A stretch of DNA of 64,000 nucleotides from Octopus sinensis (GCF_006345805.1 NC_042999.1:12152001-12216000), one strand, 5' to 3'. Shown: positions 26,868 through 38,632, numbered from the stretch's first letter. Numbers and translations are program-made. The notes: generated by a model not told the origin, from the letters alone.

Positions 26868-28630
26868 ACTTCCATAACAAACTTTATGCAATGTGTTCTT
26901 GTCTCATTTTTCTCTTGCTCAGAGATTTACACTTTGAAATTAGCTTTTCAAATCTATAATCAGGATATGGCTTCAGATCTAAATAATCCTGCATTGCACC
27001 ATTTTCATTTAGCTTCTTTTTTGGCATTATAATCATTGAACTGAGTGAATCAATGAGAAGATCATTCAATAATTTAGTGGGGCCTTGTTTCAGCTTCAAA
27101 TCTTTTGTTAAGTCTTTGAACTTCAAAAACAATTTGATTCAAAAAGAGTAGAAAAACTTAGTTTTACTTGTCACCAGACCTGGACACAATGCAGCAGTGG
27201 ATCATGGACTGGCAACTCAAGCTGGCTGTGGACAAATGTACCACCATGCATTTTGGGAGGAGAAACCCAGCGTCCACCTACTCGCTCCACAACACTAATC
27301 TCAAAAAGTCTTCGTGTGAACGTGACCTGGGTGTTATTGTCAACAGCGATTTGCGTTGGACAAAACACATTGTTAAAATTGCCAAGAAGGCTGAGGGTGT
27401 CTTGGCATCACTCACCACGTCCTTTGTGAGTCACTCTCCGGCTATCTATCTGCGGCTTTATATAGCTATGGTACGACCTCACCTGGAATTTGCATCACCA
27501 GTCTGGAACCCCTATCTTGCCCAGGATCTTAATCGTCTGGAAGCCGTTCAGCGATGTGCAACCAAAAGAATACCCTCCATCAGGCATTTGCCATATTCTG
27601 AACGCCTTACTTCCCTGGGCATGGACACATTGAAACTCCGACGTCTGGCAGCTGACTTGGCAGACACCCATAAAATTATCAACCATGTTACAAACAATAA
27701 CTCTGAGCATCTTTTCAAACTCCACTCATCTAACACCTGTGGACATATTTACAAAGTCAGAAAACAGCACAGCTCCTTCAATGACTTTAGGAAACATTTT
27801 TTCATGCTGAGAGTTGCTGAAGCATGGAACAAACTGCCAGCATCAGTTGTTAGTTGTCGGAGCACTGCATCCTTCAAAACTTCCATGCTTTCTGAGATTC
27901 GCCAACACTACATCTGATTTTCTCCCCTCCATACACACACAAGCATGTATCTGACTCATGCATTGTTCGCTTTCCAGACATTTGTACATTACTGCATATA
28001 CTTTATACGCACTTTCTGACAAGTTGTGGTGCACCTGAGCACTGTATACAATAATTTCATTATTATTATTATATACGGGAGACTTCAGCTGCATAACAAT
28101 GTTCTTCATTCTTTGTAATTTTGAAATATATATTTTCAATTCAACCTCCTGTTGTAAAATCCTTTCTACTGCAGATTCAGTTGACATCCATCTTGTTGCA
28201 ATCCGGATTTCTAGACTAACATTCAACTGCAGCATGTGACACAGCAATATGGAGGGAATGACAAACACATCCTACAAGTATCAGATAAGGAATGAATTTC
28301 TCTTTTTTATATAGCATACACACCATTGTTTACACCAGTCATAACTGAAGCACTTTCTGTACCTAATGCAATCAGATTTTGCAAATCAAGGTCATGATTT
28401 TTATTTTAGCTTAGTCAAAATATGTTACAATGTTTTTTCTAGCATGTAAATAACCTCTAATCAAACTGTACTTAGCCCTTCCTATCACACTTTTTAACTC
28501 TTCTTTAAAATACGGACCAAGAACATTAGTAAGAATCTCCACTGCACTTAAATTTAAGTTTCTGTACTTGTTTCAGATTTTTAAAGCATTCTAAACTCAT
28601 TTAAGTAATCCGCAAATCAAATCAAACAGA
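26868..28630 (-). mobile_element. hAT-superfamily transposase remnant split by a CR1 insertion
   Basis: ILTNVLGPYFKEEL, LIALGTESASVMTGVNNGVYA, GCVCHSLHIAVSHA (CxxH), ATRWMSTESAVERILQQ, HCYAAEV, then [CR1 27168-28075], then VFEVQRLNKRFEA..PTKLLNDL..YLDLKPY. Collinear across the insertion. Confidence 0.75.
27168..28075 (+). mobile_element. 5'-truncated CR1-type LINE (same family as 29010-31470)
   Basis: Open 249-codon frame with the RT C-terminus (CERDLGVIV, VRPHLEFASPVWNP, LEAVQRCATK, RVAEAWNKLP), 3'UTR and (ATT)n tail. Confidence 0.92.
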
Positions 28631-28998
28631 AATTGTAGTTGTGAGATCAAGATTGGGGCCTGGTGAAGCCTCCTGGCTTCCCAAATCCGTCCAACCCATG
28701 CCAGCATGGAAAACGGACATTAAACGATGATGATTTGATCCAATTGTAACTGAGGTTGCTAATAAAATATCTGGACAATTTTTGGTGTTTAACAATCAAT
28801 ATTCTTTTCTCTGTTGAATTCTAATTTAATTTTTTTCTCACACTAATGTCTAATTTATCAACTTTCAAATGATGATGGGGCAAAATGATTAACGGCTAAT
28901 TTCAATAATTTCTTCTCTTTAACTGCATAAATCAATGGAGAAGAGAGCAACTGTAACAGATTCTGCAGAGAACATTTTATTAGTTATTTAGTCGAGTT

Positions 28999-31392
28999 TT
29001 GTTGGCAGCCACTTATGTGTTTATTGCAGGCGATTTCAATCATCCTGAGATCGATTGGGAGACCTTCCATTGGCCACAGAGTGCAAACGATTTTGTTGAG
29101 CTTGTGCTGGACTCAAACTGGTCACAAGTAGTCACCTCTCCAACAAGAGGCGACAACACCTTGGACCTGCTCTTCACCACAACTCCTGAAGCGGTTATCA
29201 ATTGCACTACGGAGGAACCTCTAGGTGACTCTGATCATGCTATGATCATCGCCAATCTGGCTCTTGCGGGCAACAAAAACCTGAACCATCTCCAATCTGC
29301 TTCCTTCGATTGGAAGAGAGCAGATTGGAACCTGTACCACACTGAACTACAGCACCCAAACTGGCGTGAATTCTACAACTCTGGAGATGTGAATACTATA
29401 CTCCAGAGTATCCTGGACTCAATATGGGCAGCATGTGCAGCATCAGTGCCACGTAAACAAAAAAAGAAGAACCGCCCCAAAAGGGCAATTTGGGAAACTT
29501 CAGCGGTCCGACTTGCCAGGAGGGAACGTCGGACTGCTGAACGGGAATACAGGTTGCATAAATCAGACACCAACAGGAAGAAGCGGAATAAATCCTCCAA
29601 CCATCTCAAGCAAGTGACAAAAAAAGCAGTGCTTGAATTTGAACAGTGCATAGCAGCCAATCCTGACAGCAAGGTTTTCTGGAAATATGTGCACTCAAAG
29701 CAGAGACCTCACTCTCCAGTGGGCCCTCTTCGCAACCCTCACACAAACCAGATCACTGACGACCCCAAGGAATGCGCAGAACTCATTGCCGAGTGCTATG
29801 CAAACATATTCACTGTTGAAAGTCAAAATGTACCATCTTCACCATCACTAACAGCAAACTCCATAACAACTATGGAATTTACACCTGCAATGCTGCGACG
29901 TCACCTTCAAAATAAGCGCAACTATGCCTCCCCTGGTCTCGATGGAGTTACATACCTGCTTCTCAAACGTGGCAGGCACTTCCTTTTACACCAGCTTTCT
30001 ATTTTCTTCCAGTACTGTCTCAACAATGGTGCTACTCCGGAGCAGTGGAAAACTGCCAGTGTCATTCCTCTGTTCAAAAAGGGCGACCGCACATCACCTG
30101 TCAACTATCGCCCAGTCAGTCTCACTAGCTGTATTGCAAAACTGATGGAATCGTGTGTCAGAGAAACACTCTGGAACTTCTGGAGCTCTCACAGTCTCAT
30201 CCGACCCTCACAATATGGATTTATCCCTAACTCCAGCTGCGGTGACCAGCTTGTCGAGTTCCTTGAGGACATTACTCAGATTACTGACAGTGGCTCATGG
30301 GTGGATGTTGTCTACCTTGACTTTGCTAAGGCTTTCAACTCTGTGCCACACAAAAGGCTTATGGTGAAACTCTCTGCAATGGGTGTGGGGGATGACCTTT
30401 TTAACTGGTTGAAATCCTTCATCCTCAGCCGAAAGGAGGTAGTCACAGTTCTAGGACAGCACTCTACACCATATGAGATGTCATCGGGTGTACCACAGGG
30501 ATCTGTCCTTGGTCCCCTCTTGTTTGTGGCATACATTAACGACATAGATGCCAATTTAAAGAATGCCACAGTATTGAAATATGCAGACGACATCAAGCTG
30601 TACCTTGAAATCAAGACGACAGATCCTGATGTCTACAACTCTTTCCTGCAATCAGACCTAGACACAATGCAGCAATGGATCACAGACTGGCAACTGAAAC
30701 TGGCTGTGGACAAGTGTACCACCATGCATTTTGGGAGAAAAAACCCTGCGTTCACATACTCCCTCCACAACACTGATATCAAGAAATCCTCTTGCGAGTG
30801 TGACCTAGGCATCACTGTCAGCAGTGATTTGCGTTGGTCAAAGCATATCTCTAAGATTGTCAGGAAGGCCGAGGGTGTCTTGGCATCACTCAGCAGGTCT
30901 TTTGTTAGCCGCTCTCCAGCCATCTATTTAAAACTGTATACAGCTATGGTACGACCACACTTGGAATTCGCATCATCAGTTTGGAACCCCTATCTTGCAC
31001 AGAACATTGACCTCCTGGAATCTGTCCAGAGACGTGCAACCAAACGCATACCCTCCATCAGACACCTACCATATTCTGAGCGCCTTGTTTCCCTGGGCAT
31101 GGATTCACTGAAGCTCCGGCGTTTGGCGACGGACTTGGTAAACACCCACAAAGTTATCAACCACCTCACCAACAACAACACTGAACACCTTTTTGATCTC
31201 CATGTGTCTAACACACGTGGACATGCCTACAAAGTCAGAAAACAATACAGCTCCCATGACTTTCGGAAACATTTTTTCACGCTCAGAGTTGCTGAAGCAT
31301 GGAATAAACTGCCTGCGTCAGTTGTTGACTGCCATGACACTGCATCTTTTAAGGCCCTCATGCTTTCCGAAATCCGCCGAAACTACACCTGA
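28999..31392 (+). CDS. Uninterrupted ORF2 fragment of a CR1-type LINE (end of APE + RT), 5'-truncated
   Basis: 797 codons without a stop: GDFNHPEIDW, NTLDLLFT, SDH, SPGLDG, NYRPVSLTS, YLDFAKAF, PQGSVLGPLLF, YADD. The start is a TTG in flanking DNA, so it is not a true start. Confidence 0.9.
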   Translation: MLAATYVFIAGDFNHPEIDWETFHWPQSANDFVELVLDSNWSQVVTSPTRGDNTLDLLFTTTPEAVINCTTEEPLGDSDHAMIIANLALAGNKNLNHLQSASFDWKRADWNLYHTELQHPNWREFYNSGDVNTILQSILDSIWAACAASVPRKQKKKNRPKRAIWETSAVRLARRERRTAEREYRLHKSDTNRKKRNKSSNHLKQVTKKAVLEFEQCIAANPDSKVFWKYVHSKQRPHSPVGPLRNPHTNQITDDPKECAELIAECYANIFTVESQNVPSSPSLTANSITTMEFTPAMLRRHLQNKRNYASPGLDGVTYLLLKRGRHFLLHQLSIFFQYCLNNGATPEQWKTASVIPLFKKGDRTSPVNYRPVSLTSCIAKLMESCVRETLWNFWSSHSLIRPSQYGFIPNSSCGDQLVEFLEDITQITDSGSWVDVVYLDFAKAFNSVPHKRLMVKLSAMGVGDDLFNWLKSFILSRKEVVTVLGQHSTPYEMSSGVPQGSVLGPLLFVAYINDIDANLKNATVLKYADDIKLYLEIKTTDPDVYNSFLQSDLDTMQQWITDWQLKLAVDKCTTMHFGRKNPAFTYSLHNTDIKKSSCECDLGITVSSDLRWSKHISKIVRKAEGVLASLSRSFVSRSPAIYLKLYTAMVRPHLEFASSVWNPYLAQNIDLLESVQRRATKRIPSIRHLPYSERLVSLGMDSLKLRRLATDLVNTHKVINHLTNNNTEHLFDLHVSNTRGHAYKVRKQYSSHDFRKHFFTLRVAEAWNKLPASVVDCHDTASFKALMLSEIRRNYT

Positions 31393-31441
31393 TTATATAT
31401 ACACTTTAGATGAGTTGTAGTGCACCTGAGCACTGTACACA

Positions 31442-31470
<29 letters not shown>
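29010..31470 (+). mobile_element. Young 5'-truncated CR1-type LINE
   Basis: Intact frame as above, short 3'UTR ending gtgcacctgagcactgtacacaa, and (ATT)n tail at about 31441-31470. Confidence 0.93.
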
Positions 31471-31472
<2 letters not shown>

Positions 31473-34400
31473 CATGTGCAATTTTTCATTTGATTTAGAT
31501 ATTTGAAATTTTTGTTGCATTTCTGATGTCTATGGATGGATATTGATGCGTTTGAGTCTTTTTACCAAATGTAATTCTGGAGAATTGAAGAGGCAAATTT
31601 TCCTGATCTTGTCTTATTCATTTTGCCTCAGCTAAATTTTTCTTTTAAGAGCTCAAAGAGAATGGAGATAATTTTTTGAAATAGAATTCAGGTTATTTTA
31701 GTGTTTCTAGTGCATTTAATGAAGGTCATTTGCTGAATTGATATAGATTTTGTAAGGTAGTGAACAATCATCATCATTGTTTAATGTCTACCTTCCATGC
31801 TAGCTTGGCTGAGACTGATGCTTTTAAAAAATGTATTTTTTCTCAAAAATGCATTAAATCTTACTCATTGTGCTCCTCCCAACCCCTATATATATATATA
31901 TATATAATTCTTTTATTCTTCTACTTGTTTCAGTCATTCGACTGTGGCTATGCTGGAGCACCACCTTTAGTCAATCGAATCAACCCCAGGACTTATTCTA
32001 TCAGTCTATTTTGCCAAACTGCTAAGTTACAGGGGACATAAACACACCAACATCGGTTGTCAAGCAATGGTGGGGGGACAAACATATACATATATTTATA
32101 TATTTGCCAGGCTTCTTTCAGCTTCCATCTACCAAACCCACTCACAAGGCTTTGGTTAACCCGAGGCTATAATAGAAGACATGCCCAAGGTGCCACGCAG
32201 TGGGACTGAACCCGGAACTGTGTGGTTGGAAAGCAAGCTTCTTACCACACAACTACTCCTGTGCCTATGAAATATAATATATATTTATACTATTTCTGCT
32301 TTGGTAGCCAAGAGTGCATCTAACCTGACAAGGTGGGTCAGCCTCTAAGTCATGGTGAAGGCAACTAACCCAGGAGAACTCTGATAGAAAAGCCTGAGGG
32401 CTGCTGTTCATTCGAGTCTGTGGCAAACATTTGCACCAACTTTTGGCTATCAGCATTTCCAAAAAGTGAGACTGGTCTTACACAAGACTTCACCAATGAA
32501 ATATAGTCTAAACTAGAATATTAGCTCTTAGACATTGAAGCTGATCGGGGAATCCACAGACCTGTTTGCAGCTATGTTTTTTGGATTCCATGACAGTGGA
32601 GGCAGGTGTTGTTATTGTTATTTTATCTGTTAAGAATTCATCTGCTCCCTTCACACCTTCATGAACTAAAAGATTATTTACTAGAAGAGAGAAAAAAAAA
32701 CTGATAAAGGTTAGTAACATGAAGGTATCTAGTTGCAAAACCAATGCTTCAATATATGCCTGGCAGAGTCAACCAGGGCAAAATGGACAAAAAACGACTG
32801 ATGACTGATTGTATAAATAAAAGGCTTCAAGAACAAAAAAGGGTACGTTTTAGAAATATATAAATGCTGGTAATTATCTGTACTAGTTAAATAAATATCA
32901 GCAAAAACAAATTAATGAATACGTAAAGGGAGAGAACTGAGATCTAACTTTTGAACCAATTCGTATATGTTGGCGAGTTGAGTGATTTCTCCAATCAGGC
33001 TTTACATTGTGTGTATATATATATATATATATATATGAGAGAGTTAACATAGGTGTAGAATAAGTGTCATATAACTTTTTGGAAAAAAAAAAACACATTC
33101 TTTTGTGCTTGTCCTTGTAACTTAGTGGTTTGACAAAAGAGAAGGATAGAGTAAGTATTTGGCTTTAAAAAAAAATCAAGTAGTGGGGATGATTCCATTG
33201 ACAAGAAATTCTTTGAGGTGGTGCCCCAGCATGGCTGAAACAAGTAAAAGATAGGATTTTACAGGGAGCAGATTATGATTAGACAAATGAGAAATTTGCT
33301 TTATTTTAAGGTAATAAATACTTTTCTTTTGAAACTTATTATTCGTTTTGCATAAGATATTTGCTAAAAGTTAAATCATAATTATTGTATGTCTCCTATA
33401 TTTCTTGACGTTGCCTATAATTGCAAAAATGCATTTCCAAAGTTATCAGTCATTTGATAGGTAGCACTCTACTTAAGTTTATATTTTGTCTTCAAGAGCA
33501 GTGAGTTGACAAAGTAACACAAGAGACTAAATTGTCCCTTCATATCTTGAACTTAAATACTATCAGGCATAATGGGGCTTTTCACAATGTCAGAAATAAA
33601 CTGTCACAGACCCAATAACCCATGTTTTACTCAGGTCACAATACTCACCATCATTATTTTAACACTGACTTTTTTCTTGCTGGCATGGGCTGAACAAAAC
33701 TTCTTAAAGCAGAATTCTTTGGTGGAATGTCCTCCAATCATTGTTGTAACATGGAGAGATTTTCTGTGACCAGATGTCCTTCCTGTCAACAACCCTCACC
33801 TGTTTCTAAGAATGGCCAGACATGTTTTTGCAGAATATTTGAAATGACACTGCTTGTATGACAGGGACATTCATTTACAACTGTCACATAAGACAAGGAG
33901 ACAAACACACAACGGGCTTCTTGTGCACATCTGTATACATAATCACTGTATTCCTCTTATTGTAGCTTTTGAATGATGTCATCCTACTGGCTAGGCAAGC
34001 AAGCCAACACATCACTGTGGGCGGGAGCAATGTGAAGTGAAGGGCTTTGTTCAACAACACAATGCAATACTGGTTTAGGAATCAAAACTATAATCTTGCA
34101 ATTGTAAGCACAACACCCTGCACCTTCATTATGTGTGTGTGTAAAGCCACAACCCCTCAATACTACCCCCACCCCACCCAATTGAGGTGGTGGGGTTTAG
34201 TGACTCAGTGCTGGTGCCAAGAGTAAAAAGTACTCAGTACACTCTGTAAAGTGGTTGGTGTTAGGAAGGGCATGAAGCTGCACAAACCATGGAACCTGGT
34301 GCTGCTCCTGTCCAACCGATGCCAGCATGGAAAATGTAGGTTAAATGATGATGTGGGTTTCATTGAAACAATCTCACCAATTAAACTTGTGTTGAGTGAA

Positions 34401-35140
34401 CATAGTTAAGAGTCACTCATAAAATAAGCAAACAGTTTGAGAGGGACACAGGGACTGCTATGATTAAAAACTCTCCAAGTTTCTAACAGCCACAATTCAA
34501 GACCTAAAACTAATAATACTACAAAGCCTCATCAAAGGAATATATTTTATCATCATCAGTTTTCCATCCTAGCATGGATTGGAGCCTTTGACAGGAGTCA
34601 AACAAAAGACTGTGTGAAGTTCATTTCCCCCACCATGTTCCACTATACGACACCTAGGTCAAGGATCGTCTGCTATATTCCTTGGCCATCCAAAGCCTTG
34701 TGAGTGGATCTGATGGACAGAAACCGACAGTAACCGAGCTCTCTAAGATTTTTATGTTGTTACCATTGAGTGAGAGTATAAAATAAATAGTATCTTCAAT
34801 ATGTAATCAAAATAACACAAGAAGTATTGCAGATATTCAATGATATATTTCACATTTTATGTACAGGATATGATAAAAATAATGCAAATATACACACAGT
34901 ATGTATGTGTGTGTGTATATTCAAATGTCATTTAGCAATTCAATTCCAAAGTGTTTATCTGAAACTATAAAAGGAAATCTTTTTGGAATGTCATTAAAAA
35001 AATGAAGGATAACATCCTGTTGCTATGACTTAGCTGTCTTATGAACTTCAATTTTTACAGAAATAAAAAAAAAAAAAGATCATTCCTTATTGTTTTGTTA
35101 ACAACATTGGGTGAAAAGAAATATAAATGTGCAAGAAGTT

Positions 35141-37552
35141 TTACTTCTTCCGACCACCTCGTTCTTTGAGTTGCAAATTGATGCTTGCTCCATGGGGAAG
35201 ATTGTAAAAGGCTAAAGTATTGGAATCTTTGACAAAGATACCTTCATACTGTAATTTCTGCTTACCAGCAGGAATACTGAGTGCTTCGTTAAGTTTCGCT
35301 TTAATTACAGACACTGAATCAGTAAGTGGTAAAGTAAAGTTGAGCACTTGACCATTGAGGTTCCATTCAGGTTTATCTGGAACGTTTGGCACCAAAACCT
35401 TGACCAAAATCGGGTTCTTGTGTGTTCGCAAATATTCTTCTTCTGAAACGAGAGATTCTTCAGTTTTCTGTCGCTTTGATTGGGTTGGTTGATCATCTTC
35501 CTTTGGTGGTGGGGGAGGAACACTGAAATCTGATGTTGAAACTGGCAGTTGTGGCACTGGTGGTTGTGGGGGACGCTGTGAAATGCCCAAGACATTTCCA
35601 AGTGCAGTTGGTGGTGGTCGAGGTGGAAGAATCACCATACTCTGGGGCACGGGAGGACGGGGCATTGGTGGCATGGGAGGTGCCGGTTGTACAGGAGGTG
35701 GGGGTGGGGGCTGTATCTTCATAATATTTGGAGTCATAGTATTGGTAGGCATAGGTGCTGGTGGCATTGGTTTGGGAGGTATTGGGTGTTGCATTGGTGG
35801 ATGTATTGGTTTTGATGGTTTGGGCATGGCTGGACCAATTTTCTCCTTCTCTTCATCAGGTACTAAACCCTTCACTTTATGAATAACAGCAATCTGTTCT
35901 TCAATGGTGATATTCTCACGAGCTTTCTGTGTTACTTTCTCCATCGAAGCTGTGTGTCCATCCCAGACAACTTTCTTTTCTTTTTTCTCTTCTTCCCCTA
36001 TCTTTTTACCAATCTGAGTTTCTTCAGCACCAATACCGAAAATATCAGTACGGCGTTCAGCCAGTTGTCTCAAACTGCTGCCAATGGCCAAACCAGGAGC
36101 ATAAACTTCTTCTTGCTCTCGCTTTTCAGCAATTGAACGATTGCGTTCTTCAATCCACTTGCGGTCAAGCAAACCAATTCGCATGTGTTCAGGTACTTTA
36201 TGAGTAGGAATTTTTTCACCAGTGATCGGAGACACCATGAAAGAATCAGGATTGGGCTCTGTGCTGATTGTTCGGGCCTTAGGGTTATAATCCTTACGTA
36301 CGATAACTTGATCAGGGGTTGGTGGTAAAGGAGGTGGAGGCTGGGGAATATCACTGGGTGGCGGCGGTGGAGGTTGAGGAGTGATCACCTTGTCTATTTT
36401 TCTTTCTTCGTCGATTTCATCCTCATCTGAACCTTCGTCCATGTCCAGTACTTGGTTATTGTCAGAAGGTGGAGGCGGACGGAGCTGCGGAGGTATCGGT
36501 AGTGAAGGAGGAATAATAGAAGAATGCTTGTTCTTATCAACAAGAACATCTTTTTGTGTTTTACCACCTTTGTCTAGAATGATGTCATCGCCATCCTCTT
36601 CATCTGATTCCACTTCCATTGCAACGTCGTTGGTGTTCTCTCCTTTTTCGTAACGCTCCTGTTGGATGACCCGAGCACCGACTTCTTCCGGGGTTGTCGG
36701 AGAAGGCAGATTGCCCACCTCACTCGCTTGGAAATCAACTGTTTCCACCACAACGAAATCGTGCCAATCAATCTGAGCATAAGCGATACGTTCTTTTTCC
36801 AGGGCATCTTCCTCTTTCCGTCGCTCCCGTTCTTGGTATTTTGCCCACTCAACACGATATTTAACTTGCTCTAAAATGTGTTTACTGACTTGAGACTCTT
36901 TCTTCAGCTTGTTGCTAAGGTCTTTAGGGGGAATTAAAATTTTGGTATATTGTTCAACTAGTTTAGTAAAATAATTGAAAAGACTATGCTGCGGCCTGAG
37001 GAAGTCGAATTGGTAATTCCTCTGTTCCCGATTCATTAAGTTTGTTAAAAACTGACGACCGTTACGGGCCACAAACTGAGCAGTTAACTTGACAACATCC
37101 AGATCAAAAGCCGAGATCGATGGAGGATCAGCAGTAAATTCAAACTCAGCAGGCGGTTCATTAGGAATAATTGGTTCTATATTTTTTATAGGCTCGCTCA
37201 TAGGTTTCAAGGCCATCGCCGCAGTAATAATCTTACTAACAATTGGCTCTTGGCCCTTGCCATCTTTAAATTCTTTAACTTTGTGCTGATAGTATGCATG
37301 GTAGGGATCGGCAGGATTCAAAAAGTTAAACTTTGGGTTATTTACCTCGTTTTGTCTGATCCGACTTTCGAATTCGGGTCCGTTTCGGGCCACAAAACTG
37401 GCGGTTTTGTCAACAATGTTCCTCACTTCTGGCGGAGGATAAATAATACCGATTACAGGACGTGTATAAGTTTTTTCTTCTTCAGATTTCTCTTCCGGTC
37501 CAGTTACTGATTCTGGGAGCAGCAGGCCTTCGGCTTCCACGGCTGGAGGCAT
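35141..37552 (-). CDS. SF3A1: Splicing factor 3A subunit 1 (SAP114/Prp21), single-exon CDS, 803 aa
   Basis: Two SURP domains (IIYPPPEVRNIVDKTASFVARNGPEFE; DVVKLTAQFVARNGRQFL), PRP21-like IDWHDFVVVETVDF, Pro-rich region, C-terminal ubiquitin-like domain ending QLKERGGRKK*. Confidence 0.98.
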   Translation of the reverse strand: MPPAVEAEGLLLPESVTGPEEKSEEEKTYTRPVIGIIYPPPEVRNIVDKTASFVARNGPEFESRIRQNEVNNPKFNFLNPADPYHAYYQHKVKEFKDGKGQEPIVSKIITAAMALKPMSEPIKNIEPIIPNEPPAEFEFTADPPSISAFDLDVVKLTAQFVARNGRQFLTNLMNREQRNYQFDFLRPQHSLFNYFTKLVEQYTKILIPPKDLSNKLKKESQVSKHILEQVKYRVEWAKYQERERRKEEDALEKERIAYAQIDWHDFVVVETVDFQASEVGNLPSPTTPEEVGARVIQQERYEKGENTNDVAMEVESDEEDGDDIILDKGGKTQKDVLVDKNKHSSIIPPSLPIPPQLRPPPPSDNNQVLDMDEGSDEDEIDEERKIDKVITPQPPPPPPSDIPQPPPPLPPTPDQVIVRKDYNPKARTISTEPNPDSFMVSPITGEKIPTHKVPEHMRIGLLDRKWIEERNRSIAEKREQEEVYAPGLAIGSSLRQLAERRTDIFGIGAEETQIGKKIGEEEKKEKKVVWDGHTASMEKVTQKARENITIEEQIAVIHKVKGLVPDEEKEKIGPAMPKPSKPIHPPMQHPIPPKPMPPAPMPTNTMTPNIMKIQPPPPPPVQPAPPMPPMPRPPVPQSMVILPPRPPPTALGNVLGISQRPPQPPVPQLPVSTSDFSVPPPPPKEDDQPTQSKRQKTEESLVSEEEYLRTHKNPILVKVLVPNVPDKPEWNLNGQVLNFTLPLTDSVSVIKAKLNEALSIPAGKQKLQYEGIFVKDSNTLAFYNLPHGASINLQLKERGGRKK

Positions 37553-37752
37553 TTTGGTAACAAAACACTAAATAAGAAAACAATTTCCTATTTTATTCGA
37601 CCAACACCAAACAAAATGGCGAAACTGGTTTTTAAGAGCAGCACAATTACCTCCCTTGTATAGGTTACGGTTTCCTGTAGACGGCAGCCTATATACTTCC
37701 GGTGAGCCCGTGTTCTTCCAACTGTAAACCCCGAATCACTCTCTTTCCCATC
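37553..37752. promoter_or_regulatory. Compact bidirectional promoter SF3A1 / RPL13A with TCT(TOP) initiator
   Basis: ctctctttccc at 37739-37749 just before the RPL13A ATG, ETS-type acttccgg at 37695-37702, tatata at 37690-37695, YY1-type caaaatggcg at 37612-37621. The two ATGs are 200 bp apart and divergent. Confidence 0.75.
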
Positions 37753-37770
37753 ATGGTGTTCCAACGTCAG
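37753..37770 (+). CDS. RPL13A: RPL13A exon 1 (MVFQRQ)
   Basis: TOP tract, then ATG GTG TTC CAA CGT CAG|gtttgt. Phase 0 fits exon 2; a very short first coding exon is also the vertebrate RPL13A arrangement. Confidence 0.8.
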
Positions 37771-38559
37771 GTTTGTCTTTCAACTGCTCAATATTTACTC
37801 GTAGGATTCACAAATTACAGACTATTTTCATCTTAAAATCTCTATGATTAGCTCAGATTCGTTATACAGAATCATTTAAGACGGTCACATTACGAAATCT
37901 CTTTTGCTAATTCCAGTAAATCTTGCTTTAAACGGCTCCACTTGGCCGCAGCATGACAAGTCTTCTTTTAAAATGGCTGAAATCCACGTGAACAGAAATC
38001 TCTTCGCTTTTTCCCCCTTTTTTTTTCCTTCATGAACTCTGTATTGTTTCTGAATTACTAAAGTGCTTTCGTCTCTCTATACTGAGATCATTCTCGTTTT
38101 TGTCACTTTTCCCTTATAGCTATTTTATAAAACAGTTAATAGGATTTTCAGAATTGCTCCATGTGCTTCACTTCTACAGAATCCGAATTCTTATTTCTGC
38201 TTTATTGGGCTTAGTTTTCAACATTTTCAGACACATAATTAAAGGATGCTTATTCTAAAAAGAAGCAGAAAGGATTATATTTTGTATAATATTAATAGAA
38301 ATCCTATCACGCCCGGCAATTAATGAACCTCGTCGAGGCCTTAAGACCCTTAAATGTGACTTTTAAACACATTTATATTTTTTACGAATTGTTAATTTCG
38401 TTTCCACTGATATGGATTATCACAATTTTCGCGAAATAGGATGTTTTTTTTTTTTTTTTGGTCATGGTTTGTCAATCTAAGCTTTCCTTCATCGTAGAAA
38501 AAAGTCTTTAAATACTTGTGGTTGCATCTTGACTTACAGATATATTTTTCTTTCCTCAG

Positions 38560-38632
38560 CCCATCGTAATCGATGCCAGTGGGCATCTTTTGGGGCGATT
38601 GTCTGCAGTCGTAGCCAAAAGTCTCTTGCAAG
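38560..38632 (+). CDS. RPL13A: RPL13A exon 2
   Basis: tttcctcag|PIVIDASGHLLGRLSAVVAKSLLQ G|gtgagt, 73 nt. Confidence 0.97.

Noticed and set aside
32330-32400. gtcatggtgaaggcaactaacccaggagaactctga as an RTE 5'UTR fragment
   Set aside because: Too short and not followed by recognisable coding sequence.
35061-35078. aataaaaaaaaaaaaa just beyond the SF3A1 stop as a retrocopy poly(A) scar
   Set aside because: The A-run is on the + strand; a - strand retrocopy would leave a T-run.
35305-37510. Numerous short + strand and alternate-frame ORFs over SF3A1
   Set aside because: Antisense or frame shadows of the Pro-rich SF3A1 CDS.
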